30,971 nucleotides of DNA, taken from contig CAYNGK010000003.1 in assembly GCA_964396935.1 (NCBI GenBank), positions 1 through 30,971 of the forward strand, read 5' to 3'. The stretch comes from an uncultured Methanosarcinales archaeon. GTDB taxonomy: Archaea > Nanobdellota > Nanobdellia > Woesearchaeales > UBA525. Of the stretch, positions 16,024 through 23,692 are shown in pieces. Position 1 is the first letter of the stretch. Each line of letters starts with the position of its first letter. The translations under genes were made by a program, and so were the position numbers. The notes under the pieces are model-generated. The model searched no databases. It was not told the origin of the DNA and saw only the letters and a list, made by a program, of their open reading frames with translations.

Positions 16024-17835
16024 ATGCGTCCGTACCGGGTCCTCGCGAATGCGTTGGGAGTTGCGCTCCTCGCAGCTGGCGCGTTCGCCATGCCTAATCC
16101 CATCGTCAGGCCTCCGCGCGCGGATGCGGTGGCGGACGCCCGTCTCGATGATACGCGACCGTTGGACCTCTCCGTCACCCACAAGCTGTTCCTCACACCG
16201 ATCACAGAACGCCTCGACACCGCCGATGAAGTCCGCCTGGAGCGGTACCTCTGGACTGTCGTGCCGACAGGCCGACGGATCATCTTCCCCGATGAGCAGC
16301 TGCGCCCGGTCGGTTCGGTCGAGCTCACGCCGGAGCAATACCGGCGGTGGGATGCGCTCGCCTCCACGCGCGCGCACCAGTACCTCGACACGATCGCCAC
16401 GCAATCGTTTCGTGTGCGGCTCCCCACGTCGATGCGCAACCGGCGCGTGCCCTGGCGCACCGGCTATGCTGACCGGTTCGTCGACGCGCTCGATCGCGCC
16501 GCTCCTTACATCCCGTATTTGGAATCGATGGCGTCGCAGCGTGGCCTGCCGCGCGACACCTGGCTGCTCGCCGTCCAAGAATCGCTCTTTCGACCTACTG
16601 CGGTGAGCAGCGCCTGGTGCGAGGGCCCGTTCCAGCTCTCACGGCCCGCAGCGCGCACCTTCGGACTCGTCGTCCCGCGGCTCGCTCGCGGCGGGAACAC
16701 GACGCAAGTGAATGAGAGCCTGCATCCGCTCCTCGCAGCGCAGGCAGCGTTCGACCTGCTGTACGCGTACGCGTACCACACGGGCGGCTTCCTCACCGGT
16801 GTGAGCGCGTACCACACGGGACCTGGAAACCTTGCGAAGATGCGGATCCTGCAGCTACGCCATCCGCAATGGCGTTCACAGGAGGACGCAGGAGTACCGG
16901 CGATGATCGCCGAACGCTATCTGCACGGCATCGACGCTGCGCTCTTTGACCCCGTCACGGAGATGTCCTCGCTATCGGGCGATGAGACCGAATCGCCAGG
17001 GGACGTGACCCTCGAGAGCACTGTGGCGGCCGATGGCCTCTCCTGGATCGTGAGCGACGGTTGGCGGCATCCGAGCAATACGCGATCGTACAGCGGATAC
17101 CGTCGGGAGAGCTCCCTCTATGTGCCGCGGTTCCTCGCGCTGCGCAACGCTCTGCGCCGGGATGCGCTCTTTCGGACAGAACGGGAACTCGCCGGTATGC
17201 GACGCATTCCCGCAGGGAACGGCACGTGCGGTCCTCGTGGTCCGTACACCACGGACCTGCCGGTGTGCTGGATCTCCGCGCCCGTGTTCCATGATGTGGA
17301 GCGATACGCAAAAAAGGCGCTCGATCTCGATATGGTCGCTATCCGCTACCGCACGCCGCCGCGCGCGGGCAAAGAGCCCCTCACGGGTGAGGACCTCGCA
17401 CAGGCGGTCGGTGACTTGTCGGTGTTCACCGCCTATAACCCGCACATCCCACGCAAGGCCCGTATCCCGGAAGGCACCCGCGTCGCGTTGCCGCCGGGGA
17501 CCGCTGCCTCGTTCATCACCGCGCGTCCCTTGCGTGATCTCCTCGATACCGCACCCGTGACTACCTATCGCGATGGAGTGATGAGCGCATCATCGGCGCC
17601 TACAGCACCGCTTGCGGAGGATCGGGAATACGCGCGCCTCGCGCTCCTGCGCAGCGACGGCCGATACGACGAGGTCGATCCGGAGGCGGTCTGCGCGCTC
17701 GCGGACCGCATGGAAGCGATCGACGACGGATCGCTCACGCGCTCGTTGCAGCGACGCGTGTCGCGCCTGGACTGCGCGCTCACAAGCCATCGCTCCTCCC
17801 GATCGCTCCTGCGCCTCGCCGATGAGCATCGGTGA
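16024..17835 (+). CDS. Secreted MltD-like lytic transglycosylase (SLT domain), 603 aa
   Basis: Signal peptide MRPYRVLANALGVALLAAGAFA. SLT motifs LAVQES (Glu186), GPFQL...AARTFGL, VSAYHTGPG and LYVPRFLA, then a LysM-like segment AYNPHI...IPEGTRVALP. TTTAAG box at ~15993-15998. Confidence 0.82.
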   Translation: MRPYRVLANALGVALLAAGAFAMPNPIVRPPRADAVADARLDDTRPLDLSVTHKLFLTPITERLDTADEVRLERYLWTVVPTGRRIIFPDEQLRPVGSVELTPEQYRRWDALASTRAHQYLDTIATQSFRVRLPTSMRNRRVPWRTGYADRFVDALDRAAPYIPYLESMASQRGLPRDTWLLAVQESLFRPTAVSSAWCEGPFQLSRPAARTFGLVVPRLARGGNTTQVNESLHPLLAAQAAFDLLYAYAYHTGGFLTGVSAYHTGPGNLAKMRILQLRHPQWRSQEDAGVPAMIAERYLHGIDAALFDPVTEMSSLSGDETESPGDVTLESTVAADGLSWIVSDGWRHPSNTRSYSGYRRESSLYVPRFLALRNALRRDALFRTERELAGMRRIPAGNGTCGPRGPYTTDLPVCWISAPVFHDVERYAKKALDLDMVAIRYRTPPRAGKEPLTGEDLAQAVGDLSVFTAYNPHIPRKARIPEGTRVALPPGTAASFITARPLRDLLDTAPVTTYRDGVMSASSAPTAPLAEDREYARLALLRSDGRYDEVDPEAVCALADRMEAIDDGSLTRSLQRRVSRLDCALTSHRSSRSLLRLADEHR

Positions 17836-17890
17836 GGTTCCGCGTTGGCCGCAGCAACGCACTTAAACGCTCCTGCGCAAGCCCGTGCGC

Positions 17891-18913
17891 ATGGCACGAC
17901 ACCAGCCCTCCGGTGAGGGACCGAGAGCGCCTCTCCTGCTCGTCGCGATCATCCTCGTCCTCCTCGCGCTCGGAGCGCTGTTCGCGGCGATCCGTGTCTT
18001 TCTCGTACCGTCATTGACGGTCGTGCGCGAACAGGGGTCGGTCGATGCCGTGTTCTGCCGCACCGCCGACTGCGAGCAGGCGCTGCTCGAGTGGATCGGG
18101 AACGCGTCCGACGTGCGGTGCGCGTTCTATGAGCTCGACCTGAACCGCACAGCGATGGCGCTCAACAGCATCAGCGCAAGCGTGCTCGTCTTCGACGAGA
18201 ACATCGAACGGGCAAGGGCTGCAGGCCTCATCGCGACCGGTGTGCCATCTGCAGGGCTGATGCATGACAAGTTCTGCGTGCTCGATGACTGGGGGGTGGT
18301 GACCGGTTCGATGAACCCGACCGTGACGGCGCAGACGCGCAATGACGAGCACTTCGTGCTCGTGCGCTCGCGCGCGCTCAACCGTGCGTACGCGCGAGAA
18401 TGGGGTGTGCTCGAGGATCGTGCGTTCGGCGCCGAGGGGAAGAAGCCGCGCGTGAACGCGCCACTTGTCGAGCTCTCCGGCGTGCCGGTGGATGTCTGTT
18501 TCGCGCCCGCCGAAGGGTGCGAGACGGATCTCGTCGCCGCGCTCGACCGCGCGAACGCATCCATCCGCTTTCTGGCGTTCTCGTTCACCTCCGATGCGGT
18601 CGGTGATGCGCTCGTGCGCGCGTATGACCGCGGCGTGGACGTGTCGGGCGTGGTGGAGCGTCGGCAGGTCGACAAGTGGTCGGAGTACGATGCGCTGCTT
18701 CTCGTCGGGATACCGGTGCGAAAAGACGGGAACGCCGGCACGATGCACCACAAGGTGTTCATCATCGATAACGAGACCGTGGTGACGGGTTCCTTCAATC
18801 CGACCGCGAACGCGAACACGCGCAACGACGAGAATATGCTGATCATCCAAGACGCGATGCTGGCGCGGGAGTATCTCGACGAGTACGATCGCGTCAGCGC
18901 TGCAGCGTCGTGA
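17891..18913 (+). CDS. Membrane-anchored phospholipase D superfamily protein (two HKD motifs, Nuc-like), 340 aa
   Basis: N-terminal TM helix, HDKFCVLD...TGSMN, and HHKVFIID...TGSFN...NDEN. A TTAAA box lies about 22 nt upstream. Confidence 0.9.
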   Translation: MARHQPSGEGPRAPLLLVAIILVLLALGALFAAIRVFLVPSLTVVREQGSVDAVFCRTADCEQALLEWIGNASDVRCAFYELDLNRTAMALNSISASVLVFDENIERARAAGLIATGVPSAGLMHDKFCVLDDWGVVTGSMNPTVTAQTRNDEHFVLVRSRALNRAYAREWGVLEDRAFGAEGKKPRVNAPLVELSGVPVDVCFAPAEGCETDLVAALDRANASIRFLAFSFTSDAVGDALVRAYDRGVDVSGVVERRQVDKWSEYDALLLVGIPVRKDGNAGTMHHKVFIIDNETVVTGSFNPTANANTRNDENMLIIQDAMLAREYLDEYDRVSAAAS

Positions 18914-19556
18914 TAGTCGGGATGACCGCTCGCAGGTCGCTTGACGCGACCACGTGCGTCGCTGCTTCCTTGAGCTCTTGTGGCGCGTCGTTGAACGCGA
19001 TCGAGACGCCCACGATCCGGAACGCGTCGAGATCGGTCGCGCTGTCCCCGATGTACAGCACCTCCTGCGGGAGGATGTCGAGATCCGCGCAGAGCGTCTC
19101 GATGATGCGTACCTTCGGTGCGGTGCCGTCCCCGACAGGCCAGCGGAACTCGCCCGATACCTTGTGCTCGTGGAACACGAGCTGGTTCGCGAAGATGAAC
19201 TCGACATCGAACTCCCTGGCGATGCGCTCGGCGAGCTCGAACGGCCCTGAGGTGATGATGGCGATGGGCGTGCTCGTGCCGTCCTCCAGCCGCAAGCGGC
19301 GGAGCGCAGCGAAGAATTCGGCGATGCCGATGCTATATGGCGTCTCGCGCACGAGCCGAAGGTACGGCTCTTGCGGTTTCCCCTTCCAGAGGCGCCCGAC
19401 GACCTCCTGGATGAGCCGTGGGTAGTCTGTGCGGAGGTAGCGGGCGGTGAGCTCCTTGCCTTCCGCTTCGGTGCCGTACGTGTGATGCAGCTCCATCCAG
19501 AAGTTGCGCGGCACCGCAAGCACGCCGTCCATATCGAGGCAGATGAGCCGGATCAT
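18894..19556 (-). CDS. HAD-superfamily (IB, phosphoserine phosphatase-like) hydrolase, 220 aa
   Basis: LDMDGVL (motif I), ITSG (II), K (III) and IGDSATD (IV). The start MIRLICLD lies 25 nt from the TATA. Confidence 0.88.
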   Translation of the reverse strand: MIRLICLDMDGVLAVPRNFWMELHHTYGTEAEGKELTARYLRTDYPRLIQEVVGRLWKGKPQEPYLRLVRETPYSIGIAEFFAALRRLRLEDGTSTPIAIITSGPFELAERIAREFDVEFIFANQLVFHEHKVSGEFRWPVGDGTAPKVRIIETLCADLDILPQEVLYIGDSATDLDAFRIVGVSIAFNDAPQELKEAATHVVASSDLRAVIPTITTLQR

Positions 19557-19581
19557 CGTCGATGAGTGGGGAGGGAAACCC

Positions 19582-19587
19582 TTATAT
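19582..19587. promoter_or_regulatory. Bidirectional TATA element (TTATAT / ATATAA)
   Basis: It lies 25 nt from ATG 19556 (-) and 26 nt from ATG 19614 (+). Confidence 0.65.
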
Positions 19588-19613
19588 CCCTGCCGGTCAC
19601 CGCGTGACGCACA

Positions 19614-19913
19614 ATGGCTGGACGAACGGGGGAGAACGGTCTCGAGGACGTCTTTTTGACCCTGTACAATTCCGGTATGGATGCGAAGGTGCTTGGCGCT
19701 GAGGGCGCGAAACGCATCGCCCGCACGATCGCTCGCCTTGATAAAGGGCGACGGAAGGTCGTTGAGGATGACGCGTCGTATCGCCTCGAGCGTTGGCGCG
19801 AGTACACCGCCGCCTCGCCAGCTGCCCGAGAAGAGGCCCGTCGTCTCGAGCGTGCCCAAGGCATCACGCGCGAGGAGGCGTTCGAACGAGTCCGGACGCG
19901 TAAAGCGGCATAA
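19614..19913 (+). CDS. Hypothetical protein, 99 aa
   Basis: The ORF fills the intergenic gap exactly, has TATA spacing and is charged and helical. Confidence 0.65.
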   Translation: MAGRTGENGLEDVFLTLYNSGMDAKVLGAEGAKRIARTIARLDKGRRKVVEDDASYRLERWREYTAASPAAREEARRLERAQGITREEAFERVRTRKAA

Positions 19914-19954
19914 TTTTTATAAAGCCAGGGCGGGTGCTCTGGGTAGGTGATAGC

Positions 19955-20416
19955 ATGAACATCGTCGGTTTCCACTTCACGCGCATCAACGCCGAGCGCA
20001 AGCGCTCGGCTGTCGGTACGGTCAACATCAGCAACAACGTCTCCCTCAAGGACGTGACGGAAGCGAAGATGGGTGCCGGTGACCGTGGTGCGGTACGGGT
20101 GTCATTCGCGTACACAAGCACCTACTCCCCGGATTTCGCATCCATCACGCTTGAGGGTGATGTGCTCGCGCTCATGGAGGCCGACAAGGCCAAAGAGACG
20201 ATCGCATCCTGGAGCAAGGAGAAGAAACTCTCGCCCGTGCTCGCACAACCGGTGATGAACCACATCCTCGACCGTGCGAACATCCAGGCCTTGCTCATGG
20301 CGCGCGACCTCGGGTTGCCCAGCCCCGTGCCCTTGCCTAAGGTGCAGTTCAAGCCTGTCGCCGCGAAGGAGCCGGTCACGACCACGAAGGTCGACGCGAA
20401 GAAGGGCAAGAAGTAG
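19955..20416 (+). CDS. Conserved archaeal hypothetical protein, possibly SecB-like, 153 aa
   Basis: MNIVGFHFTRINAER...ITLEGDVL...LGLPSPVPLPKV resembles a conserved DPANN/methanogen family as I recall it. SD AGGTGA, TATA at ~19915-19923 and a U-rich terminator support the gene. Confidence 0.7.
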   Translation: MNIVGFHFTRINAERKRSAVGTVNISNNVSLKDVTEAKMGAGDRGAVRVSFAYTSTYSPDFASITLEGDVLALMEADKAKETIASWSKEKKLSPVLAQPVMNHILDRANIQALLMARDLGLPSPVPLPKVQFKPVAAKEPVTTTKVDAKKGKK

Positions 20417-20427
20417 ATTCCTGTCTG

Positions 20428-20449
20428 TTTTTTCTTTCTTTTTCTCTCT
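20428..20449 (+). terminator. U-rich archaeal intrinsic terminator
   Basis: T-rich tract TTTTTTCTTTCTTTTTCTCTCT just after the stop at 20416. Confidence 0.65.
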
Positions 20450-20732
20450 ATCTATCTTCCGGTGCTGGGAGCAGCTTCTCGAACCCGTCGAGCGTGTTGC
20501 TGTACGCACGCTTGCCCTTGCGCGTGAGCGCGTAGGTCTCGACGACCTCTCGGCCGTCCAATCGCACGCCTGTGCTGATCAAACCGTACTGGCGCAGGCG
20601 CAAGACGCAGCCGTATTGCTCGGGTGTGAGACTGCCGTGCTGGACATCGATGGCATGCTTGGTCCCTGCTGCGATACGTAACAGCAGCTCCAAGTCCATC
20701 GTCTCTTGGATGACCCAACGGGGGCGTGCCAT
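20448..20732 (-). CDS. Small winged-helix-like protein (start uncertain: 20732 or 20699)
   Basis: VLRLRQYGLI...ETYALTRKGK is a wHTH wing signature. A CATAAAG box lies at ~20756-20762. Confidence 0.55.
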   Translation of the reverse strand: MARPRWVIQETMDLELLLRIAAGTKHAIDVQHGSLTPEQYGCVLRLRQYGLISTGVRLDGREVVETYALTRKGKRAYSNTLDGFEKLLPAPEDR

Positions 20733-20776
20733 CGCATAGGGGAGACGGGCGCTCCCTTTATGCGTTTCGGCCAGCA

Positions 20777-22075
20777 TCAACCGCCCTTGTGCGTGTCATC
20801 AAGCGGGCTGCGCTTTGAGACCTCACCGCGCAGATCGGTGTTGTAGAGATTCTTCACGTCTTCCTTGTGCTGGCTCAAGAGCCACGCGAGCTTGAGGAAC
20901 GCGGTCTCGAGGTGCGTATCGCACCCTTGCCCGAGCACGCCGAGCTCTTGCAAGTCGCGACCGGGCGAGTAGACATCCATATTCGTTCGGCCCCAGATGG
21001 TCTGTGGCGCCATCACGACCGGGATGCGCTTCGCGAGCTTCGCGATATGCGTGCGGATGCGCGTGTGCTCGGCCGTGAGGTCATCGATCTCGTTGATGGG
21101 CAAGTGACCGAGTCCCGTGCCGGCGACGATGAGACCGTCGTAGTGGTCGTACACGAGCAGTTCATCCGCGAACGCTTGGGGGTGCGCATACCAGATCCCG
21201 ACTTTCAGGTCCTCGCGTAGCGGCAGGACGCGCGGGTGATCGGTCGCGCGTGCGCGCAGATCAGCCACGCGCGCATCATCGACGATCTCGCTCTTGCCGT
21301 CCGTGACGCGTGCGATGAGCGGTGCGTTCACGCTCGTGAACGCATCACGTCGCGACGTGTGGTTCTTGCGCGCGCTCAAGCCGTCGATGATCGCGATTCT
21401 TCCGTCGCTTGACGTGTCGTGCATCGCGACGAACACGCCTGGCAGGCGGGCTTGCGTGATGAACCGCAGCGCGCCCACGAGATTCGCGTTCGCATCGCTT
21501 GATCCGCGATCAGACGATCGCTGGCTGCCGACCAGGACAACGGGGATGTTGAGTCCATCCAGGATGAATGCGAGCGAGGCCGCCGTGTAGTGGAGCGTGT
21601 CCGTGCCGTGCGTGATGATCACGCCGCGGGTATCGCGGCCGATCTCCTCGAGGACGGCGCGCGCCATCAGGTTGTGGTGCGCGAAGCGCATATCGTCAGA
21701 CTGCATATTACGCAACAGCCTGCTTGTGACGTGCGCTATCTTTGTCACGTCCGGGAACATCGCAAGCAGTTCTCCAGGGTCGAATTGCGCGACGACCGCA
21801 CCGGTCGCGTAATCCACCTTGCTCGCGATCGTGCCGCCCGTGTGGAGGATCGTGACTGCGGGCAGCGATGCGTCCTGGTGTGGCGCGTGCGCTGGTACCG
21901 GGTGCTTCTCGCGCGGGCTCGTCTTGAGGTCGGCGAGGTCGGCGACGGGCAGGATGACATTGTAGCCCGTGACGAGCTTGATCGTGACCTCACCGTCCTT
22001 GACTTGCACGACTGTTCCCGAGAGGTGCTTGCCTGCGTAGGTGCATTCGACGTGGGCGCCGCCAGGAAGGTCCAT
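20777..22075 (-). CDS. gatD: Glutamyl-tRNA(Gln) amidotransferase subunit D, 432 aa
   Basis: N-terminal IKLVTGYN domain, HTGGTIAS, HGTDT and GSQRSSDRGSSD. The start MDLPGG lies 25 nt from TTTAAG (22106-22101). Confidence 0.95.
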   Translation of the reverse strand: MDLPGGAHVECTYAGKHLSGTVVQVKDGEVTIKLVTGYNVILPVADLADLKTSPREKHPVPAHAPHQDASLPAVTILHTGGTIASKVDYATGAVVAQFDPGELLAMFPDVTKIAHVTSRLLRNMQSDDMRFAHHNLMARAVLEEIGRDTRGVIITHGTDTLHYTAASLAFILDGLNIPVVLVGSQRSSDRGSSDANANLVGALRFITQARLPGVFVAMHDTSSDGRIAIIDGLSARKNHTSRRDAFTSVNAPLIARVTDGKSEIVDDARVADLRARATDHPRVLPLREDLKVGIWYAHPQAFADELLVYDHYDGLIVAGTGLGHLPINEIDDLTAEHTRIRTHIAKLAKRIPVVMAPQTIWGRTNMDVYSPGRDLQELGVLGQGCDTHLETAFLKLAWLLSQHKEDVKNLYNTDLRGEVSKRSPLDDTHKGG

Positions 22076-22154
22076 GGGTGGTTGTGCCGTCGGAGCGGTT
22101 CTTAAAGGTTGTGGACCGCTGAACTTATAAATCGCCGTCGTGGCGAGTGCGTCG

Positions 22155-22595
22155 ATGCCCAGCGTCATCGTCCGTGGTTCGCGCCTCGAAGGCAAGGGTA
22201 TCTTCGCGACGCGCAGCTTGAACAAAGGCGAGATCGCGTTCCATTTCGTCGGGAAAACCGTCGATTGGCAGCATTGCACGCACCGATCCTTGCAGGTGGG
22301 TCGTAACGAGTTCATCCGGCCCGCTCCCAATGCGCTCCCGGGATTCCTGAATCACTCCTGTGTGCCGAGCTGTGCGGTACGTGGTCGTAATGCTATCACC
22401 GCGCTGCGTCCGATCAAGAAAGATGAGGAGATCACGATCGACTACTCCTTCACGGACAGTATGCCAAATTGGGATATGACGTGCCTGTGCGGGGCGAAAT
22501 CGTGTCGTAAGGTTCTCAAACCCTACTACGCATTACCCGCCGCGTACAGGAAGAAATGGAAAGAGAGGACGAGTGCGTATCTCAATCGGGCCTGA
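22155..22595 (+). CDS. SET-domain protein-lysine methyltransferase with post-SET Cys cluster, 146 aa
   Basis: GKGIFA, FLNHSCVPS, ALRPIKKDEEITIDY and TCLCGAKSCRK. A TTATAAAT box lies at 22125-22132. Confidence 0.9.
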   Translation: MPSVIVRGSRLEGKGIFATRSLNKGEIAFHFVGKTVDWQHCTHRSLQVGRNEFIRPAPNALPGFLNHSCVPSCAVRGRNAITALRPIKKDEEITIDYSFTDSMPNWDMTCLCGAKSCRKVLKPYYALPAAYRKKWKERTSAYLNRA

Positions 22596-22977
22596 ATCCG
22601 CTCTCCTTCAAGTGCCGTAGCGGCAAGAAGAGCGGTTGCGGCAGTTCATCCCACGAGAACCACTCCCAGCGCTCGCACTTGTGCGGTTCCAGCAATTGCG
22701 GTTCGCCGTCCGCGTGCGCGGTGAGCACGAGTGTCACGTAATGCTTCTCATTATCGAACACGTCGTTCGTGAACGCAGCGCGGCGGATATCCCGTAGCGC
22801 AAGGCCTGTCTCCTCGAGCGTCTCGCGAGCAACGCACTCCTCGGGGCTCTCCCCGAGCTCGAGATGACCGCCCGGCAATGCCCAGGAGCCGGCGCCGTGC
22901 GATCCCTTCCGCTTGCCAAGCAGTATCTTGCTGTGGCGCACGATGATGACTGAGGTGCCGACGAGAGGGGTGCTCAT
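22582..22977 (-). CDS. NUDIX hydrolase (NUDT15/MutT-like), 131 aa
   Basis: Nudix box GGHLELGESPEECVARETLEETGL, plus EPHKCERWEWF. Confidence 0.92.
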   Translation of the reverse strand: MSTPLVGTSVIIVRHSKILLGKRKGSHGAGSWALPGGHLELGESPEECVARETLEETGLALRDIRRAAFTNDVFDNEKHYVTLVLTAHADGEPQLLEPHKCERWEWFSWDELPQPLFLPLRHLKESGFRPD

Positions 22978-22984
22978 GCGCGAC

Positions 22985-23587
22985 CTATTTCCCGGTCCCG
23001 TCGGTGTCGCAATCGAACATGCTCACCTCGTGCTGGATGATGCTGAGCTCGCGCGTCCGCTCGCACGTCACCATCAGCGTATCGGCGACGAGCGATTCGA
23101 TGCGCGGATCCTCATGCAGCACGTCTACCCAACGCGCGCATGCGTGCGTTTGCGCGTAGCGATGCTGCAATTGGTGCGCGATGCATTCACTCGCGTCCTT
23201 GGCACCGGGCACGGTCGCGCAGAAGATGGCGTTGATGGGCAGGTACAGTCCAGCCGGCGCCGTCGTGTCGAGGGCTATCCCCGGGATCTCGCCTTGGAGA
23301 TACACGTTCCCGTCGATATTCACGAGACCGCGTGTCCCGGTCTGCATGTTGATGAGGTTCATCGCATCCGACAATCCTCGGTTCGCGACGTCGCGTGCTC
23401 GCTCCTCGCTCCAGGTCAGGTCGTAATTCACGATCAGCGACGCGGGCCCTTGTTGGACGGTCGTCGTCCGGTACTCCCGTATGGGGCCGGGCACCGGTGG
23501 TGCCGTCGGGGAACCGTGCTCCCCGCATGCGACGATGCCGCCAACGAGCAGTGCAGAAGCGAGGATATGCTGTAGTGTCTTGCGCAT
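22985..23587 (-). CDS. Putative lipoprotein with a degenerate zincin motif (HQLQH), 200 aa
   Basis: Signal peptide ending GIVA-C, SD GGAGGG 5 nt upstream, and CIAHQLQHRY at 23176-23162. Confidence 0.65.
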   Translation of the reverse strand: MRKTLQHILASALLVGGIVACGEHGSPTAPPVPGPIREYRTTTVQQGPASLIVNYDLTWSEERARDVANRGLSDAMNLINMQTGTRGLVNIDGNVYLQGEIPGIALDTTAPAGLYLPINAIFCATVPGAKDASECIAHQLQHRYAQTHACARWVDVLHEDPRIESLVADTLMVTCERTRELSIIQHEVSMFDCDTDGTGK

Positions 23588-23664
23588 CGATACCCCTCCG
23601 TGACTGAGATGGAGACCTGCCGCTGTATCTTGGACTAGAAAAACATTGCGTTCGTACGGGAGCG

Positions 23665-23679
23665 AGAAGAAAAGAGAGG
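23665..23679 (-). terminator. Pyrimidine-rich terminator downstream of cdc48
   Basis: CCTCTCTTTTCTTCT on the minus strand, about 14 nt after the stop. Confidence 0.5.
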
Positions 23680-23692
23680 ATCTGTCGACGGC

